Positions 48,248 through 57,098 of a stretch of DNA of 64,000 bases are shown in pieces. The notes under the pieces are model-generated. The model searched no databases and was not told the DNA's origin. It saw nothing but the letters and a program-made list of their open reading frames with translations. Source of the DNA: Vicinamibacterales bacterium (GTDB taxonomy: Bacteria > Acidobacteriota > Vicinamibacteria > Vicinamibacterales > UBA8438); the NCBI GenBank assembly GCA_965263055.1, contig OZ253581.1, positions 1,071,794 through 1,135,793 on the forward strand, in the 5' to 3' direction. The position numbers and the translations under genes were made by a program. How positions within the stretch are numbered: the stretch's first letter is position 1; each line of letters begins with the position of its first letter.

Positions 48248-49460
48248 AACGCGCCTTTCGCCGGCGGAGGTTCGCGCGGATCGCGAAGTAGTCGATCAGC
48301 GGCGCGAACAGGTTCATGAAGAGGATCGCCAGCATCATTCCTTCAGGATACGCCGGGTTCACGACGCGGATCAGGACGCACAGGAACCCGATCAGAAAAC
48401 CGTACACCCAGTGCCCGCGGAGGGCCGACGGCGCGGAGACCGGATCCGTCGCCATGTAGACGGTTCCGAACGCCCAGCCGCCCGCCAGTAGGTGCCACAC
48501 CGGGCCGACGTCGAAGAACGGGTTGGTGGCGGAGCCGATCGCGTTCAGGGCCATCGCGGTGGCGACCGTCCCCGCGAGCACGCTCAGCATGATGCGCCAC
48601 GACCCGACGCCGGTGACGATCAGCAGCGCGGCGCCGGCGAGGCACGCGAGCGCGGACGTCTCTCCCATCGAGCCGGGGAGGAAGCCGATGAACGCGTTCC
48701 AGGGGTCGAAGCCCGCCCCGGCGACGGCCGCCGTCCCCCCCAGCGTCGCGTCGGCCAGAATGGTGGCCCCGCTCACCGCGTCGGTCGACGTGTCGGCCGC
48801 AATCCAGACCGCGTCGCCCGACATCTCCGCCGGATAGGCGAAGAAGACGAACGCGCGCGCGACGAGGGCCGGGTTCAGGACGTTCATCCCGGTGCCGCCG
48901 AAGATCTCCTTGCCGACGACGACGCCGAACGAGATGCCGAGCGCCACCTGCCAGAGCGGCACCGTCGGCGGCAGCACCAGCGGAAAGAGCATCCCGGTCA
49001 CGAGGAAGCCCTCGTTCAGCTCGTGCTTCCGAACCAACGCGAACAGCGCCTCCCAGAGGCCGCCCACCGCGAAGGTGACCAGCAGGATCGGCAGGTAGTA
49101 GAGGCCGCCATGCGCCAGGCAGCTCACCAGGTTCTCCGGGGCGAAGCCGAGGCCCAGCGCTTCCATCGCCCCGGTCTGCCAGGTGTCGAGCGGCGCCGCG
49201 CCGCGCGCGATCGCCAGGTTCGCCTGGTAGCCGGTGTTGTGGAAGGCCATGTAGACGCAGCCGGTGAGCGCGACGACGACGGTCATCATCAGCCGCTTCA
49301 GGTCGAGCCCGTCGCGGACATGGGACGGTCCGGCGGTCACCTGTCCGGGGGTGTAGAGGAAGGTGTCCTGCGCCTCCCAGAGCGGATACAGCTTCTCGAG
49401 CCGTCCCCCCTTTTCGAAGTGATGCGCCTGCGAGTCGAGCAGGTGTCGCAGCCATTTCAT
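48237..49460 (-). CDS. nqrB: Na+-NQR subunit B (alternative TTG start at 49481)
   Basis: [38 protein letters not shown] is the NqrB-specific N-terminus. The flavinylation region is [10 protein letters not shown]. Confidence 0.9.
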   Translation of the reverse strand: MKWLRHLLDSQAHHFEKGGRLEKLYPLWEAQDTFLYTPGQVTAGPSHVRDGLDLKRLMMTVVVALTGCVYMAFHNTGYQANLAIARGAAPLDTWQTGAMEALGLGFAPENLVSCLAHGGLYYLPILLVTFAVGGLWEALFALVRKHELNEGFLVTGMLFPLVLPPTVPLWQVALGISFGVVVGKEIFGGTGMNVLNPALVARAFVFFAYPAEMSGDAVWIAADTSTDAVSGATILADATLGGTAAVAGAGFDPWNAFIGFLPGSMGETSALACLAGAALLIVTGVGSWRIMLSVLAGTVATAMALNAIGSATNPFFDVGPVWHLLAGGWAFGTVYMATDPVSAPSALRGHWVYGFLIGFLCVLIRVVNPAYPEGMMLAILFMNLFAPLIDYFAIRANLRRRKARYAG

Positions 49461-49701
49461 CGTGTGGATGCCGGCCGGCAACGGCGTGGCGTTGCTGATC
49501 GGACGTTGCTTTGTGAAAAAAGTATCAAGCGCAGGCCGAAAAAAGACCGCGGCGCAATGCCGACGGCTCTCGGCCTCCCCTCTCGGTGAATCGTAGCGTA
49601 CGGTGCGATTTTACACCACTTGACGGGACACTACCGATCCGCAACCATTGCCGCTTGTCCAGCAACCGGCGACTGCGCGGAAACACTGTTGGGAGAGCAC
49701 G

Positions 49702-52455
49702 ATGCCGATCATCAGAGACCTGCAGGAAGCGTTGAAGAACAGGCGGTCGAAGCCGGCCGATGCACTTCAGGCGGCGGTCGCAGCCGCGCAGGAGGAACGG
49801 GCTGCGTTGAGCGCGATGTTGCAGCAGATCAAGCCCCATGCTGCAAAGATGTCGAAGATTGGCGCATCGGTGAAGCAGGTGACCGAGCGCTCCTCGCGCG
49901 CGGCGGCCACATTGGAGGATTTGTCGAGCCGGCTGTCGGCGGTCGAAGCCACGACAGAGAGCGTCAAGGCCCTCGAGGGCCGAGTCCAGTCGCTCGTCGA
50001 TTCCGTCGATCGGGCGCAGCGGACGGCGCAGAATCTGCTGGCCGCTGACGGCGACCTCGCCAAGCACCGCCAAGCGATACAGCAGCTCACCAAGCAGGGG
50101 ATCGAGGCGTCCGCGAACTTCAGTGCCCTTGACAAGGAACGCGCGATTCTGAAAGGCGCTCAGGAGGAGCTGCGGCAGACGCAGGCTGTCGTGAAGGCCT
50201 CTTCCGACAAGTCGGGTACGCTCGCGGACGATCTCGACCGGCTCCGCGGGCAGGCGTCCCAGTTGCAACAGGATCACGATCGCCTGAGAGAGTCGTTGCG
50301 CAAGACGCGAGAGAACGCGGACCAGACTGCCCGGACCGCCCGCGACGTGGAGGAGCAGCTCGAACCGCTCACCCAGGTTCACGAGCTGAGCAAGACTACC
50401 GACGAACGGCTGTCTAACCTGAATGCGCTCGCCGAGCACGTGCTCAGCAAGGTGAAGTCGCTTGAGAGCCAGAGGCAGACGGTCGAGCATGCGGTGGTCG
50501 AATCGAATCGGTTGAGCGAGATGGTCTGGAAAATGGAGGTCCAGATCGGCAAGCTCGACGAGGCGAACAAGCAGGCGGCGCAGGTCGACGAGACGGCGCA
50601 ACGGATCGAGCAGGTCTCGAAGGGGATCACCGCACGTTTTGAGCAGGGGGAGAAGATCCGAGAAAGTTACACTACCAGCCTCGCAGCGCTCGAAACGGGA
50701 CGCACGGAGCTCGTCGAATTTGTCAAGGATTACACCGAGCGGCTGGCCATCGAACGTAAGACGCTGGACGGTCACGATGGGCGAGTGCGGACGCTTCAAA
50801 GCGCGCTCTCCGTGGCCGAACGCGACATCGGCAGTCTCTCCAACAAGGCCGGGGCCGTGGCGACGATGCAGCAGCGGGCCGACGATCTCGGTGGCCAGCT
50901 TGAGGGCTTTGGCGGTCGCGTGCAGCAGCTTGAGGCGCGGGCGGGCGAGCTGGAGAAGCTGGAGAAGGGCTTGAGCGGGATGGAAGCGCTGATCGAGGAG
51001 GTCGAACGTCGGCAGACGGCGTTGGCGCAGGGGCACTCGGAGCTCGACGCCCTTCGCAAGGAAGTCGACCAGTTTCACGTGGCGCACGCCGATGTCGTCA
51101 AGGCGCGGGACCAGATCAACACCGACCGGGGCGCGCTCGAGGCGTTCGTCAACCGGATAGACGAGTTCCGCCGGGGCATGCCAGCACTCGAGTCCGGCAT
51201 GGACGCGGTCAGCAAGAAGCTGTCGGTCGTCGACGAGGCAACGCAGAGAGCCGCGTCCCTGGAGACGACGGTCGACGATCTTGACAACCGGATGGCGCGC
51301 ATCGCCGATCATCAACAACTGGTCGAGAAAGTCGGTACGCGTCTGGATGGGCTCAACACACTGAGCGCTTCCGTTGACGAACGGGTTGCCGAGCAACTAA
51401 CCCGTCAGCAGGCGGTGATGGCGCTCAAGAACGAGTGCGACGGTGTCGATGTCCAGATTGATGACGCACAGAAAAAGTTGCGGAGGGTGGCCGCGCTCCA
51501 GAACACGCTCTTGCCACTGACGACCCAGGTGGCCGCGTTGAAGACGCGGATCGATGGGCTCGTAGGCGCATGCAAGGAATACGACGCCGAAAGGGCTGAC
51601 CTGACCGAGCAAGAGCGGCGCATCTCCGAAACGGCCGACCGCACCCGCGACGTGGCGACGACGGTTGACGACCAGATCCGGCGAGTCCAGGAGGCTTCGG
51701 AAGAACTCGGCCGGGTTTCGACGCTCAAGGACGAGCTGCTGCAGGAGCTGGGCCGCGCTCAGAAGCACCAACGCGACGTCAGCGCGCGCATGAAGACCGG
51801 GGATGAACAGATCAAACGAGTCGATCTGCAGCTTGTGCAGCTCGATCAGCGACATTCCCAACTGGCGTTCTCCGACAAACGGATTGCCGCGGCGGAGAAG
51901 CGGATCTCCGAACTCCAGGCCCTGGAAGAGGGCGTCGAGCGGCAGATGCAGGCCGTCATTGCGCATGGAGACGCGGTGGGCGCCGTCAAGAAGGAGATCG
52001 ACAACGTTCACCAGATCAGTCAGCAGAGCAAGACCGACCTGCAGGAGATCATCAAGCAGCGTACGCAGATCGACACGCTGCACCAACTACTCAACGCAGC
52101 AGGGAAACGCGTTGGCGAAACGGAGCGGCAAGTGGCCGCCATCGAGTCCCGCAGGGCGATGATCGGCGAGTTGCAACTCAAGACGAGCATGATCGGCAAC
52201 GTGCTGAAGGACGTGCACGTGAATCTCGAACTGCTCGCCGAGCAGCGCGCCATTGTCGATCACGCGCTCGAGGGGATGACGCGTGTGCAGGAAGACACCC
52301 GGAACGCACAGGCGACACTCAAGGCGCTTCAAGCCGAGCGACAGCTCGCCGAACGGATCGAACGCGGCATCAAGCGGCTGCGGACCGAGACGACCGCAGC
52401 GTGGACGGATGTCGAAGCACCGGGGGAAGATGCCAAGGTGCGGCGACCGGCCTGA
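49702..52455 (+). CDS. Very large all-alpha coiled-coil protein with no enzymatic motif, TM helix or signal peptide
   Basis: ATG 49702 is preceded by GGGAGAG. About 918 aa of heptad-like E/Q/R/K/L/A-rich sequence. GC is visibly lower than in the flanking genes. The long antisense ORF (49525-51396) is typical of coiled-coil coding DNA. Confidence 0.75.
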   Translation: MPIIRDLQEALKNRRSKPADALQAAVAAAQEERAALSAMLQQIKPHAAKMSKIGASVKQVTERSSRAAATLEDLSSRLSAVEATTESVKALEGRVQSLVDSVDRAQRTAQNLLAADGDLAKHRQAIQQLTKQGIEASANFSALDKERAILKGAQEELRQTQAVVKASSDKSGTLADDLDRLRGQASQLQQDHDRLRESLRKTRENADQTARTARDVEEQLEPLTQVHELSKTTDERLSNLNALAEHVLSKVKSLESQRQTVEHAVVESNRLSEMVWKMEVQIGKLDEANKQAAQVDETAQRIEQVSKGITARFEQGEKIRESYTTSLAALETGRTELVEFVKDYTERLAIERKTLDGHDGRVRTLQSALSVAERDIGSLSNKAGAVATMQQRADDLGGQLEGFGGRVQQLEARAGELEKLEKGLSGMEALIEEVERRQTALAQGHSELDALRKEVDQFHVAHADVVKARDQINTDRGALEAFVNRIDEFRRGMPALESGMDAVSKKLSVVDEATQRAASLETTVDDLDNRMARIADHQQLVEKVGTRLDGLNTLSASVDERVAEQLTRQQAVMALKNECDGVDVQIDDAQKKLRRVAALQNTLLPLTTQVAALKTRIDGLVGACKEYDAERADLTEQERRISETADRTRDVATTVDDQIRRVQEASEELGRVSTLKDELLQELGRAQKHQRDVSARMKTGDEQIKRVDLQLVQLDQRHSQLAFSDKRIAAAEKRISELQALEEGVERQMQAVIAHGDAVGAVKKEIDNVHQISQQSKTDLQEIIKQRTQIDTLHQLLNAAGKRVGETERQVAAIESRRAMIGELQLKTSMIGNVLKDVHVNLELLAEQRAIVDHALEGMTRVQEDTRNAQATLKALQAERQLAERIERGIKRLRTETTAAWTDVEAPGEDAKVRRPA

Positions 52456-52469
52456 CAGTCCCACTGGTG

Positions 52470-52585
52470 TCGACGGTCACGACGTAGCGGGTTGACGGAT
52501 TCAGCGCGGCCAGCTCCGCCTCTCCCCGCAGGTCGGTGACCGCGACGCGCGTCGTGGCGGCATCGTCGAAGTGTACTCCGCAGCG
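52470..52585 (-). pseudogene. Remnant of the 5' end of a TonB-dependent-receptor-like paralog
   Basis: 52470-52564 matches 55498-55592 with a handful of mismatches. 52559-52585 matches 55745-55769 (start codon/5'UTR). This implies an internal deletion across the shared GCATC. Confidence 0.6.
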
Positions 52586-52673
52586 TTTTCCTATCCGCGG
52601 TCCTGAGACTTCAGTTCGGGGAGGCGTGGATGGTGTTCGCGGCCCGGTTCGCGGAGATACTCTCGGAAGCCCC

Positions 52674-52907
52674 TTAGCCGAGGTAGGGTTTCGCGTCCTC
52701 GAACCGTTCGATTCCGTCTGGCGCGAACACCAGGTCAACGTCGAACCCATTGCGCATCGTCTTCTGGATGAACACGTCTGCATCCTGCGTGGTGTCCGGG
52801 AAGCCGTGGAGGATGGCTCCCGTCTTGCCGATGAACAGGTAGGTGACTCCGTGGCGATGGAAGGCGTCTCGCAGGTCCTCGACCTGCTTGTAGCTAATCG
52901 CTCCCAT
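52674..52907 (-). CDS. Small protein with minimal Pol-beta-type nucleotidyltransferase signature
   Basis: 77 aa. HGVTYLFIGKTGAILHGFPDTTQDADVFI fits the G-x(n)-D-x-D pattern. It overlaps the upstream small ORF by 14 nt. Confidence 0.4.
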   Translation of the reverse strand: MGAISYKQVEDLRDAFHRHGVTYLFIGKTGAILHGFPDTTQDADVFIQKTMRNGFDVDLVFAPDGIERFEDAKPYLG

Positions 52908-53142
52908 CGCTCCTGTAGCCCAGCCAGTCCGGCAGGTTCTCGTTGCACCAGCGGCGATAATCCGCCGTGCTCTCGAAGGATCTGTACGGCTGGTCGTCGA
53001 GCACCGGCTTGTACGTGTGGACGAAGGCGTACCGCAGGTGGAGATCGAGCGGCCGGGCGGCCGCGGCGTCGAATTCGTCTCGCCATGCGCGATTCATGTC
53101 CATATTGTGCCTCATCGGGTCAGGGTGCGGAGCGGACCTCAT
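52894..53142 (-). CDS. Small hypothetical ORF upstream of the NTase-like ORF (possible starts 53142, 53115, 53103)
   Basis: ...MDMNRAWRDEFDAAAARPLDLHLRYAFVHTYKPVLDDQPYRSFESTADYRRWCNENLPDWLGY. It is read in the same frame as the truncated receptor ORF, so coding status is uncertain. Confidence 0.3.
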   Translation of the reverse strand: MRSAPHPDPMRHNMDMNRAWRDEFDAAAARPLDLHLRYAFVHTYKPVLDDQPYRSFESTADYRRWCNENLPDWLGYRSDGSD

Positions 53143-53153
53143 GGAGCGTGACT

Positions 53154-53184
53154 TGCAATTTTGAATTTCAAATGCAAAATTGCA
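53154..53184. repeat. AT-rich inverted repeat TGCAATTTTG-N11-CAAAATTGCA (candidate operator/promoter)
   Basis: Read directly from the sequence. It is by far the most AT-rich 30-40 nt noticed in this window. It lies where receptor homology ends and just upstream of the two small ORFs. Confidence 0.6.
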
Positions 53185-53199
53185 TGATCCGCTACGTTT

Positions 53200-55747
53200 C
53201 GCTCGATCCACCCAGTTCCCACCGATCTGGAACCCTTGGCCCCAGGTGTACGACGAGCTGACCTTGAACAGATGCGCGATCGAGCCGGGCTGGACCCCCA
53301 CCTGGTGCGGCGCACGCGGGTCCAGCCAGATCACGTCGCCCTGGAAGTCGGCGTTCGAATCGGAGTTGGTGTTCCCCGTGGCGTCGCCGTAGGTGTAGGC
53401 GGCCAGCGCCTGCCAGTTGTCCCGCAGCCGCTGCCGGAACGTGAATTCCACACCCTGATAGTCCCGCCGGCCGCCGGCGAGCGTCGCGATGATGAAGTTC
53501 GACTCGGGGAAGCTGTCGTAGCCGAAACAGTCGAGGCCGAGGAAGAGCGAGTCCGGATGCTCGACCGGCCCCGGATAGGCCGTCGTGCCGTCGCCGCGGA
53601 AGGCGTACAGCGCCAGGTCGTAGTCCTCGATGATGTCGCGCGTCCGGCGCCGCGTGTACAGCGCCATGAAGCTGCGGCCCCGGCCGAGGTCCGTCTCGTA
53701 GCTCAACTGGAGGTCGTCGGTCCAGGGCGTCTTCGTGGTCGGCGCGAACAGCGCGTCGGCCTGCTGCGGCCCGCCGCGCACCCGGTACGTCACCCACTGA
53801 TCGTTCGCATACACCTGCTCTTCGCGCGTCGATCCGCTGAGGGTGCCGGCAAAGTTGGTCAGGTTGTTGCGGATCGGATCGTAGTAGCGGCCGTAGAACG
53901 CGCTGACCCGCTGCTGGCCGCGGCCCGACGGGTCGTATGACACGCTCAGGCGCGGCGCCAACGTCCAGTCGAAGGTGAAGACGTTCGAGCCGTCGGTCGC
54001 GACATGCTCGAACCGCTCGGCGCGCGCGCCAATGTTGAACGACAGGTTGTCGGTGACGTTGAACGTGTCCTGCACGAACAGGCTCAGGCCGTCCGAGCGG
54101 GTCTCCTGCGATCCCAGCGCGGTCTGCACCAGCCGGTCGTAGTTGATAGCGCCGTGCGGATTGCCGGCCGTGCTGTCAAACACCAGGCCGGCGCCCAGCT
54201 CGTCCTGCGTGATCGTGCCGTCGCGGTTCCCGTCGTACAGGGCATAGAACTCGGCCCGGTTCGCCAGCCCGTCAATGGCCCGGATGAAGCCCGTGTAGTC
54301 GCTGCTGTTCGTCGGGTCGAACTGCGTATTCGTGAAGCTGCCGGCGATCAGGCCGCCGGCCGTGAGGCCGGACAACGCCGGCGACAGCGACACGTACAAT
54401 CCGCCGTCGTAGGTGGTGTCACGGAAGTTCCTGTTCCGCATGAACTCGACCGCCGAGCTGCTCGTCCTCGAGTGTCCGCACGTCGGTGTCGCGGAAGACG
54501 ACGCTGTTGCGCGGGCCGGGCACGACCGCGAAGTCGGACACCTCCCCGTTGTGCCGGCTGTACGACCCCTCCACCAGCACGCCGCCGAACAGGCGGTTGT
54601 ACTTCAGGTGGTAGTTGTTGCCCCCCTGCACGCGGCGCCTGTCGCGTGCGTTCGTCACGTCGCGGTCGCGGCTGCCGCTGATGTCCGTCGGATCGTTCAG
54701 GAACGTGAAGCTCAGCGTGTCGGCGGTGGTCGGCGCCCAAGTGCCGCGGCCGTAGAACTGATCCTGCGTGTTCTCGACGCTGCGGATGACGTCCACCCCG
54801 TCCAGGGCGACCACCGTGTCGCTGCGCTCCAGGCGGCGGTAGCTGCCGAAAAACCACGCCTCGTTGGCCACGATCGGTCCCCCGCCGGTGACCGCCGCGT
54901 CGAAGCGCGAGAACGCCAGGTCCGCGGCGTTGCGGTTCTCGGCGACGAGGCCGTCGTTCTGAAAGAAGTAGTTGACCGAACCGCTGAACTGCTCGGTCCC
55001 GGACTTCGTGATGACGCTCGACAGCAGGCCGGGCGCGCCGACGTATTCGGCGGGTATGCCGCCGGTCAGCACCTGCTGCTCCTGGATGATCTCGGTATTG
55101 AGGTTGGCGCCGAAGGTGCCGCTCACGCCGTCGGTGACGTTGATCCCGTCGATGTAGTAGAAATTGTCGCGCGACACGCTCGTATTGCCGCCGATGTCGC
55201 TGTAGTTGAGTCCCGACTTCGACGCCGGGTTGCCGGGCGACTCCGGATCGTCCGGAAACACGCCCGGCACCAGTTGCAGATAGCTCTGGTAGGTGCGCCC
55301 CGTCGGGACCGCCTCTGTCAGGTCGAGGGTGATGTCCTCGGCCACCACCGCGCTCGTCACGTCCACCACCGGAGACGCGGCGGTCACCACCACGGTCTCG
55401 GCCACGTTGCCGGCCGTCAACGTGACCCGGGCCGACGCCGTCTGGCCCGCGCGGACCAGGAAATCTTCCTGCCGGCTCGTCTGGAATCCCTGGAGTTCGA
55501 CGGTCACGACGTAGCGAGTTAACGGATTCAGCGCGGCCAGCTCCGCCTCTCCACGCATGTCGGTGACCGCGACGCGCGTCGTGGCGGCATCCTCCGCCGC
55601 GGCGGTCACCGTGGCGCCGGGGACCGCCAGACTGTCCTGATCGGTGACGAAGACACGTATGTTCCCCGTCGTGGTGACCTGGGCGCCGGCAGATCCAGCG
55701 GCCATGGCTGCCAGCAGCACAGGCGGGACCAACCATCGACGCAGCAT
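53200..55747 (-). pseudogene. TonB-dependent-receptor-like outer-membrane protein with N-terminal CarboxypepD_reg domain; frameshifted and 3'-truncated
   Basis: Signal peptide MLRRWLVPPVLLAAMAAGSAGAQ, then TGNIRVFVTD...GATVTA...TDMRGEAELAALNPLTRYVVTVELQGFQ, then plug/barrel-like sequence. The reading frame switches between track ORFs 54419-55747 and 52894-54441. Barrel-like sequence ends at about 53200. Confidence 0.65.
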
Positions 55748-55841
55748 CGTCGAACTGTACTCCGCAGCAACCCATATGGGCGTGTCTTCAGCGCCCTGCT
55801 AGACTCACGTCGCTTACAACGACGCCAGCACCCTTGCGAGC

Positions 55842-57098
55842 ATGAGACATTGACGGGAACCACTCTCCCGGCTATCTGCCGCCGCTGGCACCCCAGCGCG
55901 TTCCGCAGCGGCTCCTGGTATTGGCTCGGAGCGGTCTCTCTGACGGTGCTCTGGTTGGCGACCGTCGGACTGGCGCCTGACGCCGGGCTCACCCGCAGCT
56001 ATTGGTATCCAGGCGACGCCGCGACCGAACCGATCCTCGACGAACGAATCATGGCCGTCGATCTAGCTTTCATCGACGAGCGAAGCCGGCCGACCCGGAA
56101 CTACCGGGTTCGCTGGCAAGGTGTGTGGTTCTCGCCGCGAGCCGAACGCGTTGACTTTTATGCAGGAGCGGACGACGGCGTCATCCTTCGAGTGGATGGC
56201 GACACCGTCCTGGAACGCAATCCAGCGCTGGGCATGCACACGGTGGCCCGAACCGTGGAGCTCGCGGCGGGAGCGCATCGGCTGGAAATCGACCACTGGC
56301 AAGACGGCGGCGCGCGGAGCTTGAATGTGCAATGGGCGCCCGCCGGCGACACCCGGGCGCCCCTGAGCCCGACTCGTCTATTCCCAGAGGATCCGGGCGC
56401 ACTCGGCTACTGGCTGCGCGTCTCCGCGATGCAATTGCCCGTCCTCGTCCTGTTGGTGTGGGCGACAGGCGTTGCGGTGCTGGCCGGGCGAACAGTCTGG
56501 CGAACCATATATCGAAGGGTCACGAGCCTGAGTCCGGACGAGCGTTGGCGCCGCCTGCGTACCGTCCTGTTTCCCGCCTTGCTCGGCCCCAGCCAGCTCC
56601 TTCTCTTCGGCCCGTGGACGGTGCACGTCACCAATCGGACCGAGTTCCTGGTGGGATTCTGGGAACTCGCATCCGGCTGGGTCTGGCTCATCGGACCCAT
56701 CGTCGGCGCCCTGATGGCACTCGGGATCGTCATGCCGGTCCGATGGTTCCGACGTTACGTAGCGGGACTTTGCGCGGTCGGGGTGCTGCTCTGGGCGCAG
56801 GGGAACCTGCTGCTCGCCGACTACGGGCTGCTGGACGGCGGCGGGCTCGACCTGGCATCGCACGCGTGGCGAACACCGTTCGAAGCCGGCTTGTGGGTGG
56901 GCGTGCTTCTTCTCGCCGTGGTATTCGCCAACATGGTCGCTCGCGTCGCGACCGTTGGGAGCGTGGTGCTGGTGACGCTACAGGCAACCGTCCTTTTGGT
57001 CCCGGTCGGCAGAGTGGCAACGGCCGACGTACCCTCAACGCCAACCGCCGAGACCGCCTGGCGGTTGCCGCCGCCAGAGATCTACGAACTCTCAAGCA
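55842..57098 (+). repeat. Direct repeat copy 1 (segmental duplication; partner 62744-64000+)
   Basis: By-eye alignment, checked at three separated points (55842/62744, 56291/63193, 57091/63993). All three give the same 6902-nt offset. Mismatches are scattered and no indels were noticed. Confidence 0.85.

Noticed and set aside
44989-49460. Whether the membrane complex is Rnf rather than Na+-NQR.
   Set aside because: The last gene has the NqrF architecture (TM + plant-type 2Fe-2S + FNR-like FAD/NADH domain) rather than RnfB/RnfC. The first has the NqrB-specific N-terminus. NqrM and ApbE lie adjacent.
49525-51396. 623-aa minus-strand ORF antisense to the coiled-coil gene.
   Set aside because: It is the mirror image of a heptad-repeat coding sequence (Leu/Arg/Gln-rich). 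It has no independent start context and overlaps the nqrB upstream region. The plus-strand frame has the SD-ATG and coherent coiled-coil periodicity.
56730-57095. Pair of near-identical 121-aa minus-strand ORFs (56730-57095 and 63632-63997).
   Set aside because: They are antisense shadow ORFs that recur only because the underlying DNA is the segmental duplication. Composition is Arg/Pro/Ala-rich.
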